DNA of 62,085 bases, filler included. It is 9 parts of 9 records of this genome, joined end to end, with 100 filler letters (N's around TTAATTAATTAA, not from the genome) between each part and the next. Parts side by side here need not be neighbours in the genome. Positions count along the whole stretch, not along the records: positions 9,319 to 13,618 come from SRR7504441_2685; positions 13,719 to 25,547 come from SRR7504441_2687; 7 more parts are not named here. One strand, given 5' to 3'. The translations under genes and the position numbers were made by a program. Within the stretch, counting starts at the first letter, position 1. Every line of letters begins with the position of its first letter. The notes beneath the pieces were generated by a model. That model searched no databases. It saw nothing but the letters and a program-made list of their open reading frames with translations, and was not told the DNA's origin. Of this stretch, positions 9,512-21,824 are shown piece after piece.

Positions 9512-10853
9512 ATGAATCCCAAGCCGCCGGCTGAGGCCAACGGACACTCTGAATCAGAGAAGCCGACCTGTGGCGCCGAAGCCGATCCGACCAAACAGGG
9601 CCAGGTGGGATCGCTTTGAAGCCTTTCTCCTCCTGCGTCAGTTACAGTTCACAGGGCTACGATGATAAGGGCTACTGGAATGTGCGGTACGGCGAGTGGG
9701 CCCAGGGGCCGTATGACTGGCTGGTCGAGTACAAAGGCAACCGCAGCAATGCAGTTGGGATGACAGCAACGGCCAGACATTCAGCTCTTTCTGGAGGCCT
9801 TTTTCACAAAGGACATGGCGATTCTGTGCCCGGGCTGCGGCAACGCCCCGCTGCATCCGCACATGTGCGCAGCCGGGTGAAGGCCTTAACCGTAGCTGAC
9901 AGGTACGAGGCCGGGTACACCAGGCAAGTTTGCCTGGATACCTCGCACGTAGTGATTGGTTTGTTTGATTCCTGATCTGTCCGACTAAGTGTGGTGGTGG
10001 CAGAGCAAAGCATCGAGCGGTATCACGAGAGCCACCCGGAGATGATATTCAAGCTCGGAGATGCCACGGCGCTCGACTTACCTGACGAGAGTTTCAGGTG
10101 CGATTTGACTGATGATCAGAGTTTTACGCCAGGCAGTTTCATTCTGGACAAGAGCTTGATTGACACGCTGCGCTGTGAGGCCGGGAGCTACAAGGTAGGT
10201 TGATTTCAGTCGGATTTCCCAAAAATTGGTGCAGGTATGCGAGTTGTTTATCGGCGAGATGTACCGGGTGAAATTTCGATGCATAATTGTGAATCTGGAT
10301 TTATTTTGATCCCATGGCAGGTTTTGCGGACCAACGGAATCTTCATGACGGTCTCGCTCAACACTTACGATGCCGCCGACATCGCCCAGTGACTCACTGC
10401 TTTGCATTAATTGATAGACTTCGGGCACAGGTACTATCAGCGGCCCGAGTGGGCGTGGACGGTGAGCTAGTTGTAAAGTGATTAGAACCGATCGATTGAA
10501 AGGTGGTCTGGGGCCACATCCGGAACCCTCAGTTTGAAAAGGCCAAGGAAAACACCGAATACTACACGATTATTGGTGTGTCAGCGCCCAAATTGATTCC
10601 CAACCGATGGACTGGGCCAGTTGTCTCCAAAGTGCCGGATGACAACCAGCTCCAGGCGACTTTCCCCTGATTAGGAAGGAACTGTCATTGATTCAGTTGA
10701 GACAGCCTTTGATTGATTCTTTGATACGCAAGAGTGAAGCTAGATATGAGTTCACCAACGAGGGCAAGGTGTCCATCGATTTGTAATTGAACTAAGTTAT
10801 TTGGGGATCCGCGATATGACGAATGCTAGGTGATGCTTAGTGGACTCGACTAG
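9512..10853 (+). CDS. Class I SAM methyltransferase, EEF1AKMT4/METTL13-N-like; about 12 exons
   Basis: Splicing 11 introns of about 38-61 nt (two GC-AG, at 9737-9776 and 10656-10696) yields GYDDKGYWNVRY...YDWL...ILCPGCGNA...CLDTS...GDAT...ILDKSLIDTL...EMYRVLRTNGIF. If the 10656 intron is not used, the stop is at 10668-10670. Confidence 0.85.
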
Positions 10854-11561
10854 GATTCGACCTGGTGCTTGACCCGACGAGGTGATTGCAAGCTTTGAAA
10901 AACTTAGTTGGATCATACAATAAGTTGCCGGTGTTGTATTTTAGAGGGTTAATCTGGGTTATCATACGAGTAGGGTGTACATAAGTCATTGGGGTAGAGG
11001 GGGGCACCCGATGTGTGCTTACAGCCAGACATTTAGGCGAAAGGCGATCGCCTCAATGAGCGACCACTAGGAGTTGGTTGGCAACTCACTCATTGAATCC
11101 CTAAACTAACTTACTTTCCATACTACGTATCGGTACCAGTACATGATTGTAACCCATTATTAATTCTTCGGGTTTAAAACCCTTTAGCAGCTAATTTGTA
11201 GCTAATTTGAGCCTTAACCGTACCTTAACCGTACGTCTGATTCAACAATCATCAACTTGCTGGGGATGACCGGATTTTGACCCTGGAACGCCTGGAAGTG
11301 CGCCCCGAAATTAAAGGGGCGCTGTATCCGCAATGAAGTGTAATGTTAGTGCGGGGATGCGTGCGCAAATTTATGTCGACCGAAAAATTAAGAACTTTAC
11401 TAACTTACAAGTGTAACTCATTTTTGTTGAAAATGAACGAGTAACTCGTTTTTGTTAAATACCCGAAGTCTAGGCCCCCCATACCCCTTAACATAGGCTC
11501 ACATGGCCTTCTTCCAAAGTTTGCCGAAAGGATCTGGACAAAATTTCACCGTAGTAGCTTG

Positions 11562-13603
11562 CTACGGCGTTGCGGCAGACCCAAGCAGCGGTTGGCTCGG
11601 TCCCTCTGATACGTTTCGCTGTCCAGGTTCCTGCTTGATCTCCTCGTCGTCCTCGTTCTTATCAACCTGCACCCAAAATGGTCATGTCGGGAAGACGTTT
11701 AAGCAATGACATGATTGCCCTGATCAGGTAAAGAGTTTTCACACCTGCACTAGCGTGCGCATCGCCCGGAAGTTCATCTTCTTAATTTCAGTAGAGCTCC
11801 GGTCGAGGGTGCTGTGTAGCTGAGCCGTGGCCGCCCGCTTGAGAAGAGGATCCAACCGCTGCCGACGAGTTAGCACACGTTGATCAATCAGTCTAGCTGT
11901 TGACCTCCAGCCGGAGTGTGTCCTCGTCGTGGAAGTCCTCGCCAATCAGAATCTTGAACACCTGTTAGGCGCAAATTAATTAATGATATACAACTAGCAG
12001 GCACGGAGTAAATTGTGGCCACTCCAACCATATGCACGTGAGCTGGGATGGCGCCCCCGTCCCGCCAGGCCTTGCAAACCTGAGCGATTGCAGCTGAACA
12101 CTGGGCAGTGGAATCAACTGACCAGCTCAGGTTGGTCGCAGACCACAGCCATCCGCGCCTTGTTGTCCTGTCACATGATTCAGCAATTGGGGATCACGCC
12201 AAGATTTACCTGGAGTTGGTTGAGAACCTCAACCATGTCCATCTCCTTGTGCACCGCGAGCATCTTATCGAACCTGCAATCAATCAATTTATCCAGCATT
12301 GACTGTGACCCGAGTTGGCCGATCGAACGAACATCATGTCGAGGGTTTAGCAAAAGCAGGTTCTTGCAACTGATGTACCCTCGGATGTTGTGTGGCAGCC
12401 CCTCATAAACAGGCACACGCTGCCCAGCACCTCGCAATTTAACATTGTTGAGCACACCGAGTGTCCCCAGTGGTATATCTGCGCCATGGTCTCCATATCC
12501 AGCTTTGCTTCCACGTTCAGCATATGCACCTGCAACGGGTTTAGTGTTTGACGAGCAACTGATCGGTACGTGCTCCATTGGGACCGCCACCTCGTGTGCT
12601 TTGTGTTTCTTCAGGTTGAGAGCCCCGTGCATCATAGTCAGCTATCCCTCCCCTCTGCCCATGTCAGCCGGCAATTGCACCTCGTCCGAATGGAAGTTGG
12701 ACTCTTTGCCCACATTGCACCTGCGCAGCCCTGGCTAAGCCCTTGGGTCACGCACAGTTCAAGCCGAATAATGCCAGTTATTAGAGGAGAGGGGTCACGT
12801 CGAACGGAGCTCTCTTTCCTGGATCCTGAGTAACGCTTTCATCTTGGACTTGGTATACCTGAACCGCTTGTGAGCATCCGCTGAGTCATTTGGACACTTG
12901 CGCGGGGCGTGGCCGAGCATCTTCCCTAGGAGCCAGGCGATCGGCCAGGATATCACTGAAGTTAGCCCAAGAGCCAGCCACACAATGGGCGAGAGGCACG
13001 CCGCGATTTGCAGCTGACGCGGTCCAGTGAAAATGGCCTGTCCGCTACTGTAAGACTGGGCCCCATCTTAACGGACGGTGGGCAGGATCTCGCCGAAGAT
13101 GAGGACAGCTGTGACCGAGATCAGGATCGCGTAGACCGGGGACGGGACCAGTTTGTCCAGAAAGATCGGGAGGGCCTCATTGGCGCCTGTCGGTCACAGC
13201 TGGGGCTGTTGGACATTTGAGACGCACCGGCATTGAGCAGAAGCAGTGTGACCATAGTCCAGTGCCCGTGGTGGACGAAGAAGCTCAGCTTACCGGCCGA
13301 GGCCTGTTCCTCAAGCAGCTCGGCTCGCTCGGTCTCGCATTCCACCTCGGTTGGGTCTGGCCGTCACAGTCAGACTGTCTGTTGCAGCTGGCCGGCACCC
13401 TGGGATAGCACTAGGTCGACGTCCTCCTCGTCGAGCGAGACTAGGCCCATCGTGAGCCCAGCGGCCAGCGCCGCGAGTGCCACGCAGCCGAGAGTGCAAA
13501 TCAGGTTGGTCGCGCTGAACTCACCCTCGGTATTCTCGCCCTCGACCGGGGCCCATGCCACCGCCCCCCATGTCCAAAGACCAAAGATCCAAATCCGCAC
13601 CAT
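11562..13603 (-). CDS. CNNM/DUF21 + CBS-pair metal transporter (MAM3-like), multi-exon
   Basis: AAGLTMGLVSLD, MVTLLLLNAG|ANEALPIFLD, LIFGEILP, MMHGALNL, GHS|RVPVYEG. Short GT-AG introns connect the ORF pieces. The 3' end is approximate. Confidence 0.88.
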
Positions 13604-13718
13604 GCCACCGCTACCCAANNNNNNNNNNNNNNNNNNNNNNNNNNNNNNNNNNNNNNNNNNNNTTAATTAATTAANNNNNNNNNNNNNNNNNNNNNNNNNN
13701 NNNNNNNNNNNNNNNNNN

Positions 13719-13836
13719 GCTCGGCCCGCCCGCCCGCAGCAGCGCACCAGATGAGGTGTCCATTGCGGCACTGGTAGACAGCGTCCCAGCTCAGCTCGAG
13801 GCAGATGGTGCACTCGAGCTCCAGGAGGCCCTCCAT
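13719..13836 (-). CDS. N-terminus of a Sina/Siah-type RING E3 ligase, truncated by contig end
   Basis: MEGLLELECTICLELSWDAVYQCRNGHLI(C), followed by a GT donor. Confidence 0.7.
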
Positions 13837-14035
13837 CCCGTGGCACAAACCAGCGGCCACCAAGCCGCCTTGCGGGGACCAACTTTCTGATGAGCGCGAA
13901 GAGAGACGTCGCGTCACTCATCGCCACAGCGCGGACGGACGCCAATGCAGACAGAGCTCGCCCCCCGGGGGCAGCAGGAGGGCTGCGCGGGGGAGCCGCC
14001 CAGCCGCCGGGAGTGCTGCCCGAGCTTCCCAGTCT

Positions 14036-14440
14036 ATGAGGTACCCCCGCGCCCCGCGACAGTCCGACCAATCCCTGCAGGACGTACCGCCGGCCACATG
14101 TGCGTTCTGCGCCCGCGACTTCCCCCAGGATGAGCTGGCCGAGCACGAGGCGCGCTGCCCGGAGCGGATCGTGCGGTGCACCGGGGATGGGTGCGACTGG
14201 GAGGGTCCGTTGCGGCTGCTGCCGGCCCACACCGAGTTTTGCGTGATGGCCCTCGCCACGGACGCCGTGGCCGCCGAGCGCCAGCGGCAGGAGGCGGAGC
14301 GGCAGGAGCTGCGGAAGCAGGTGGCGCTGCTCGAGCTGTGGGTGGCGTGCACCTCGTGCGCCTGCGGCTGCGACGGGGCCCGGAACAAGCCAGGCAGCCG
14401 GATCGCGGAGCCGGAGCACGAGCCGACGATGTGCTATTGA
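14036..14440 (+). CDS. Small TRAF/Sina-type zinc-finger and coiled-coil protein
   Basis: CAFC...LAEHEARCPERIVRCTGDGCDWEGPLRLLPAHTEFC, followed by an E/R/Q coiled coil. Confidence 0.7.
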   Translation: MRYPRAPRQSDQSLQDVPPATCAFCARDFPQDELAEHEARCPERIVRCTGDGCDWEGPLRLLPAHTEFCVMALATDAVAAERQRQEAERQELRKQVALLELWVACTSCACGCDGARNKPGSRIAEPEHEPTMCY

Positions 14441-14660
14441 TTCGCCGGGGGCTTAGCCGAGCCGGGATAGCAACCAGGGCGCGCATGATTTAGTAGCAGA
14501 GTGAGTATATAGCCAAATGCACGAGTACAACCGATTGACATATTACTTTGTGTACACCGTTGGACAAAAAGTATCTCGTAAGCCGTCGAGGTATCTAGGC
14601 ACAACGAGTGGCTTTAATGGACGGGGCTCCCGGGCGCCCCGTGAGGCTCCAATATTTGCC

Positions 14661-15832
14661 TCATGCATGCAGCCCGACATCGGTTAACCTCTGCATGATC
14701 TCGCTGTACACGTCGTTCTCGTTGGCATCAATCCTCTTCTGGTGGCTTTCCCCTAATTCAGCTGCTTGCTGGCCCACACAGCTCAGAGCGGCTCACCAGG
14801 GCTGTTCACCTTCCGCAGCTCCTCCACGATGTACGGGAAGACCTTTTCAGTGATATAATTGATCAATCGGTTTGGGACCAGCTTCAATTTGATATCTAAT
14901 TTGATAATCAAAGTCACTGCCAGACAGCTCAGCGCCCCCGCAGCAGCCAGTGATGGCCAGCGCACCGTGCACCTGATTGTCCCCCACAGGCCTGAGCACA
15001 AAGCCGCCATACTCGCACTCTGCCCTGCAAACAGTGTGTCACCCAACTAGTGTGACAGCAACAGCGACCGTACAAACTTGCCAGTGCTGGCTGCTTCCGG
15101 CAGCTTATCCTGGAGCGCCTCGATCCCCTGCTCGTCCATCGAGCACATCTGCCCACGGTCAGCTCATCCGGCTCTCCGGCTCACCGATATGCATACGCCA
15201 TCTGCATTCACGTCTCCGTACCCTTTAAGCACCAGATCCCGATTGGCCACAGGCCACGGGGAGTAAAACTCGAGATAGACTGCCATCGCGAACTGCGACA
15301 TCTGGGCCACCTGCCCCGGGCTCAGCTGGGGCCTGCTGGGCGGCCGCCTTGATCGATTCCTCGCAGCCGGGCATCCACTCCTTTTGCAGGTCGGCCTCGT
15401 ATAGCAGCGATATCAGGTTGAACAGCGGGGCCTCCACCAGCCCGCTGGCCTTGAAGCTCATCCGGCCGGTCGCCTCGTCCTTCCACCGGCAGGTCTCGAT
15501 CCCCCGCCACTCACTCTGCCCACGGGGCTCGCCCGCTCGCCCTCACCGGCTCGTACCACGAGCTCCCACTTGTCACTGTGCAGCTCCTGAGTCAGATTGG
15601 CCAGCTCGGCCTGCCGCCGACGCACCGCCTCCAGGCTGCTCGCCTGCCCCGGGCTCGCGGGCCGGCACCGTCGGGCGGGCGCCTGCTCTGGGCTGGGAGC
15701 GAGCTGGTGCTGCGCGATGAACTGCTCGAGCTCGCGGAGCCGGTCGATCGAGGCGAAAACCCGGTCCTCGGCAACCAGCTGCTCGATCTCGCCGCATCGC
15801 CGCCCCAGCTCCGCCGCCTCGGGCTCCCCCAT
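14661..15832 (-). CDS. START/Bet v1-like lipid-binding domain protein, multi-exon
   Basis: KWELV|SEWRGIET, SFKASGLVEAPLFNLISLLYEADLQKEWMPGC, YSPWPVANRDLVL, LVPNRLINYITEK. Introns include 15644-15682 (GC), 15516-15556 and 15311-15347 (GC). Confidence 0.75.
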
Positions 15833-15942
15833 CGGGCCCAGTCGCCCGCCGCAGTGACTGCAGGCAGCCGGCAGGATCAAACGATCAAAAACGAAAAAGC
15901 TGCTGCAGTTGCTCGACCACATCTCGACTCCGGGCGCGGCGA

Positions 15943-18900
15943 ATGCCGCGGCTCAACGGCGACGGCGACGGCCACGCGGGGGTCGACCCAGGATGGCTGG
16001 CCCTGTCGCTCGGCCGGGTCGGGCTGCTGCTGGCCGTCCTCGAGACCGCCGGTGCCGGGCTGGTCGCCGTCCTGGTGTCGGACATGCGCGCCGAGAGCGC
16101 AGCGGCCGCCGGCTCGATCCCGCTGCTGCTGTGGCTGGGCATCCTCGCAGGCCCCCAGGCCCGATCGACGTATGCCCGGCTGCTGGCCATGTGCCGGGTC
16201 GGGGTGATCTTCCCGCTGGCCATGACCATCCCGCTGATCGCGTCCGGCGACACGTCCAGCGACGTGCGCGACGCCTGTTACGTAGTGCTCTTCCTGGGGG
16301 TGGTCGGGGCGGCGGTCTGGGCGGGGCTCTCGGTGTTCCCCAAGTTCGGCCCCGAAGATCAGATGATCCCGAGTTCGTTTGTCACGGCCTGGGCGGTGGC
16401 CCCCGGCCTCGTGGGCTCGCTTCTGTGCATCTGGTGCGGCCCGGCCCGGCCCGGCCAGTGAGTGCGGGCAGGCACGTGGACGCTACCTGGCAGGCGGTGA
16501 TCTGCATCATACTCCTGGTCCTCCCAGCCAGCATACTTGTCGGGATGAACGTGTCGCAAGCCCCACAGTGGTGCCACTTCAGCTTTGCGCCACGGAGCAT
16601 CCCGCAGCTGGTGGCCGAAGCGTTCGTTCTGCTCTTCCCACTGGTCGCGTCTACACTCACGATACCACTCTCAATCCACTCCCAAATCGGCGCCGCCTCT
16701 GCAGCGGTCATCTGGGCCGCAGCAACTGCGTTCGCCACCAGCCAGCAATTGGCTAAGCAGCGGGCTCAATCCGCTTCAACAGACGGCGACGCAGTGGGCC
16801 CTGACGGCCCGCGCTGGTTCACTGGAGCCGCCGCTTCGTCCGAGCCGGCCCAGCCTGCTGGAAGCGGTGGCGATCATTGGTTTGCTGCAGAGCGCAATGC
16901 GGTAGTGTCCGGAGCTGCCGTTGTGGATGCTGCGCAGGAGGGCGACGGCACGCGCACACTGCGAGAGAAGATGGACAGCTGCGCCCGCTCTGCGGAGAAC
17001 TGGCTATACTTGATCACCGTCGCTGTGGTTCTGGTGGTGGGCACGCCGCTGCTCTGCCTGCCCCTCTTCCTTGACAACAGCTGGTTTGCAGCATGCGCCA
17101 CCGGGTCTCTGGCTGTTTTCTGCGCGTACGTGTTCTGTGTGGTATCCTGCGTTTGGAAGCTCGGGCACCAGATCTTGGCGCTGTTCGCAGGCGTCGCGCT
17201 GCTGCTGGCCGTTCTGGGGTCTCTCAGGTACTATGATCCTGCAGACAATGCTGTGCCTGGAGGCTTAGCTCGAGTCCTTGCGGCCCCGCCCGCTGGCGGG
17301 CTGCTGGCCGTGTTATTCTTGGTGGGAAACTTGGAGTGTGGGCTGCTGCTCTCGGGCCTCTTCTGTGGCCTGGTGATTTCGCCCATCTTGACAGGCATCG
17401 TGATGTCTCCTGTCATCTCTGAAACTGCCATGATAGTGGTCCTCAGTATGGGCCATCTGGCGTTACTGGGCTTCGTCATCCTGGCAGTAGTCAGGTCGTG
17501 GCCTGCAATTCGCAAATCTCTGCAGGGGCTGGTGCGCTGTGAGCCATCTGTCATTGGCGAGAGCGGGCTGTCACTTTGGCTAATAGCCCTGTGGTCCGTG
17601 TTCATTGTGACTCTGTTTATTGTAGTCCCAGTTTCCTTCGCTACTGCCTGTGAGGTCAACAGCGGGACGCTGCTGTCTGGGTTCATCTGGTGGTTAGTAC
17701 ATGACCTGTATGCAACTCAAGCGCCGGAGAAGATAACATTCCTTCATGACGTTCTCTTTGTTGTCTCCTTTGTTGCGTGCAATGGCCTCTTCATTGCTCT
17801 GATATGCTCCGCAAACGTAAGCTACGTGGGCAATGTGGATTTCGCAGTTCTCCTCGCTACTGGATACTTAGTACCTCTCGCCGTGGGGTTTGGTTTCTAC
17901 ATCAATGCAGAGATCCAGCTCAAGTTGGTTCATTCTTCCGCAGAATCGATTATCTTGGGGATGGAGATCCACAAGGAGGGCTCGCGCTACAAGCCTGTGC
18001 ACCGCTTGCTCTTTCTGGTTCTGTTTGCCATGTTGCCATCAGCGGTGATCCGAAAAATTGATTCTGCACAAAAGTATACGCCTCTGACTGATACCATTGC
18101 CTTGGTCGTGTTCGCCTCTGTTCTGCTCTGGCTATTTTATGTCTTCTGGAGCGCCAAGCCTCGTGCACCTGAACTGCCCTACGCTGCACTATTTGCTGGG
18201 GTAGTGCTGTTGCCGGCGAACACAGCCGGAGTGCTAGGCTTGTTCATCTCTTCTGGCCTAGTATCCAACCCTGTGCGGATCGTGATGCTTGTGCTTGGCT
18301 GGCTTGGGTGTGGAATATTTATTTTGTTTGTTATCTGGGCCTTTTTCAAGCATCAACAGGACTTTCTAGCTTTACTCGGAAATGTCATCCTTGGAAAGCG
18401 AGCCGCACTGCTCCAGTTTGAGGACCTCAAGTCAGTCATTTTCTAATGCCCACCCTGAATCAATAGACACATGCACTGACTATGTTTTGTCAGGATTGGG
18501 ACTGTTGCCAAACGCCTCACCACCTTCCTCTTCTTTTTCTGCGCGCTGTTCCTTGTCGCCATAGACACCATGATCAAGTTTGATGAGGGCTGCGTGGCAT
18601 TGCTGATCTTTATGTTCGTCATGCTGTGGCCATTCCGCTGGTTTCTGCGCCAGATGCGCCAGATGTCGAACTCTGGCTTCAAGTGGTGCACTCTGGGATG
18701 CTGCTGCTGCTTCCTACCTCTACTTCTGGCGGTACCGCTAGTGCTAATGATGCCAAGCACGGGCGATAGCGTCTGGGTGAGATACGGATTACACTCAACA
18801 ACACTTCTCATGATTGTAGGCGGCCCTGCTGTCTTTGTTGTGATTGCTCTCGGATTGTGGTCCCAGCGCTCAGGAAGCCCATTTGAGGTGGTTCAGCTTT

Positions 18901-21824
18901 TCAGCTGCATGTTTGTCTTCTTTCCGTTGCTGGTATTGTTTCCATTGTTCTTCTGGGGAGACGCACGCGGGGGCGAGACCACAGCAATAGCATGCATCTC
19001 ATTCCCGTTCCTCATTGGAGTTACTGTCTTCACAATTGTGCTGAACACCAGGATGCAGCTTCTCCAGGCAGAGCGCAGTGCCAAACTCTTCATCCATAAG
19101 CTTCGCTTTATGCTTCGACCAGAGCGCGTAATATTGAGCCAGGAAGTCGGGCGGTTCATGTACCAGAGGAGTCTGCACCTGGAGAATGACGAGACCATGC
19201 GCAAATGGCTCCTGGCATCAGATGATGGTGTTGTACTGCAAATTCACCGCAAGGAACAAATTGCAGAGATTGTGGACTTTGCGGATTATGAGGAGGAGGA
19301 AGAGGAGACGGAGGAAGCGGAGGAAGCCAATGTGGACGAAGGTGCCGAGGACAGTGACGACGAGGTGATCGCTGATATGGGATCTGCATGCTCGTGTGCA
19401 ATTGCTATTTGTAGTTGCAGCACCTGTTGTCAGAAAATCCAGTCTAGTATCCGGTCATCAGACACAGATGCTCCATTGCTTTCGGCAAAGCAGGAACAAG
19501 AGTTTGATATTTTTGGGAAAACAACATTGACAACTGATCAAATCAAATGGGTTCTGTTCCTCTCGTACTCTCACAGTCATCACATGTCTAGGTTGAATTT
19601 CCTCCGATTTTGTCGGGATGCTGGGCTCATCCGCAATGACATTGAGGTGAGTACGCTCAACGAGTTCTTCACACAAGCTATCGACGGCACATACCAGACG
19701 GCGGCTGAAAGTGTCGTGCCCGACCTTCTGGACCGATCATACACCCATTTCGAGGCCGATTCGTCATTTGACGAGTCAGTGGTACCTTCTCCTAAGGCTA
19801 CGTTCGCTAGTATCATGCATCATGGGCTCGAGCTCTCAGTTCTTCACTTTGCCTGGTCACGATGGCTTGCAAAAGGCACACTCAATTTTGTGCGTTTCAG
19901 ACAAGTTCTCGGTAGAATAGGATGGGGAATATTTGGCAAAACCGAAACTCAGCCAGTTGCCGCTGAAGAGGCAGTTGATGGGATGTCAGGAGAAGCATTA
20001 CTTCACGAGAGCCTGCGTGCGTCAATGATGGAATTTTCTCTTGTGGACCCGGAGAGCGAGTACGAACAGGACCAGTATGGCACCTGGCGGCGCACAGCGA
20101 AGGCGAAATGGCGGGTGTTGTCCAAGCAATATAACAAGGAGTCCGAGACCAATCAAGAGCTTTTCAAAACACACCTGTTACCACTAGCCCGCAGCATAGC
20201 CCAAAGCTCCGATCCATCAAATCGGCATGACCCGTACGGACTGTGGATGCGTCTCCGCGGCCTTAGTCCAAACGAGGGCTCAAACCTTGCACTTCATCTA
20301 CCGTCAGAAGTTTTCTCATGGCTAGATCATGACCGCCTTCATGGGCGCGAGGGAGGACCTGGTGAGGGAAAGATTGTTGAGATGGGCATCGAAGATGACC
20401 GACAAGATATGCTGTTGCTGACCACTCCTGCACCTGAACAGATGCCCCCATTTGAGTGGAAGAAGTACGTGAGGATAATCATGCATCTTTTGCAAGAAGA
20501 GAGACATCTTTGCGATGAGCGGACTCTCGAGAACAGTGTCATCCAGCTTAACGTTGGCAATATTCTGGAAGTGTTTTACATATTTGTAGACCTAGGATCG
20601 ATGCTTTTCGTTGTGTATGAAGTGGCAGCTGAGGTGGGGTGGTGGCCCAAAAAAGACCAAGAAACATATCCAGGCTACAATGGGTTTGCGGTGCTGGGCG
20701 TTGAAATCATCACCGATGGCTTCTATGAGAAAGTGTTCATTGCTTGTTGCTGCGTTGCTGCCATCTTTCCTGTGATTGCATACTATACAATGAGGATGGC
20801 TTGGGCCGGTAAGCTGGGCGGCTCATTCAAGGATGAAGATCGAGCTGCTGACCTGATCTCCTGGGCGAATCTGTTCTACTGCACCATGTGCTTTTTCGCA
20901 TCTGCCTTGTTCTTTCCGATATGCAAGACCTTTGTATATGCATTTGCCTGTACCTATCAACCCGGCATCAGGATCTTTACTCTCAACAAGATTAATGACA
21001 TTCAATGCTGGACCGCGGGAGGTCCTGAATCCAGAGCAGGCTATCAGCAAGATCACTTCCTATTCATCGCGGGAGCTGTGATTGGAGGGCTCCTGTACTA
21101 CCCTGCGGCATCCCTCATTTACCCGACCATCCAGTTCACAGATCGCTCGTGTGACATCAAGTATAATCCAACCTTCCTCGTCCTCCTCATCCAAGGCAAA
21201 CTGGCTCTAGTAGCAATTGCAGTCTGGCTTTATGACGACCCAAACACACTGCTCATCTGTTGCTGCTGCATATTTAGCGTCCTGGGCTTGCTTATCTATC
21301 TCATGAAGCCTTGCCTGGTTCATCTGGGGAATGACCTTCGATTCCTGACCTACATGGTTGCACTTTGGACGGCGGTGGTGTCACTCTTGCAGAACTGGGC
21401 CAACGAGAACTGGCCCGGCGAGCGCATCACCATGGGCAGCGTGTTCTGTGTTGGTCTTGTGCTACTGATTTTTCTTGGCATTGTCTGTTTGATCAGGGGG
21501 AAGCACCCTGACAACGTGATCGCTATGATCCTCACTTGTGGGATGTACGGGCGCGAGGACCCTGCCGAGGAGCTGCCCGAGCCGTCTGGCGGCCCGCAAG
21601 TGGAATTAAGTGTTGAACCGCACAGCACTCTGGAGGAGGGACGGCCATCGGGGCCGTCGTGGTTCTCGGCAGCTGATGAGTCAAATAGGCCTGAGGAGCT
21701 GCCCGAGCCGTCTGGCGGCCCGGAGGCGGAGGCGGAATTAGCTGTTGAACCGCACAGCACTCTAGAGGGAGAGCAGCCATCGGGGGCCTTCGTGAACTTT
21801 TCGCCATTCGACACCCAGATCTAG
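15943..21824 (+). CDS. Very large (~1,900 aa) polytopic membrane protein with a p25alpha/TPPP-like cytosolic segment and a C-terminal TRP-like multi-TM module; 3 exons
   Basis: Intron 16434-16471 (GT-AG) and putative intron 18398-18493 (GC-AG, branch-like CTGAC) join three hydrophobic ORFs in frame. More than 25 hydrophobic stretches by eye. Contains MSRLNFLRFCRDAGLI and FFPICKTFVYAFACTY...IQCW. Confidence 0.7.
21567..21790 (+). repeat. Coding tandem duplication, 126-nt period (EELPEPSGGP...VEPHSTLE...PSG twice)
   Basis: gaggagctgcccgagccgtctggcggcccg is identical at 21567 and 21693. Confidence 0.9.

Noticed and set aside
9600-10700. Alternative genetic code or programmed frameshifting to explain broken ORFs
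   Set aside because: Almost every break is resolved by a 37-60-nt GT/GC-AG intron, and TAA, TAG and TGA all end genes.
10840-10900. tRNA T-arm-like ggtcgaatcc on the minus strand
   Set aside because: Missing the TTC consensus, and no cloverleaf can be folded.
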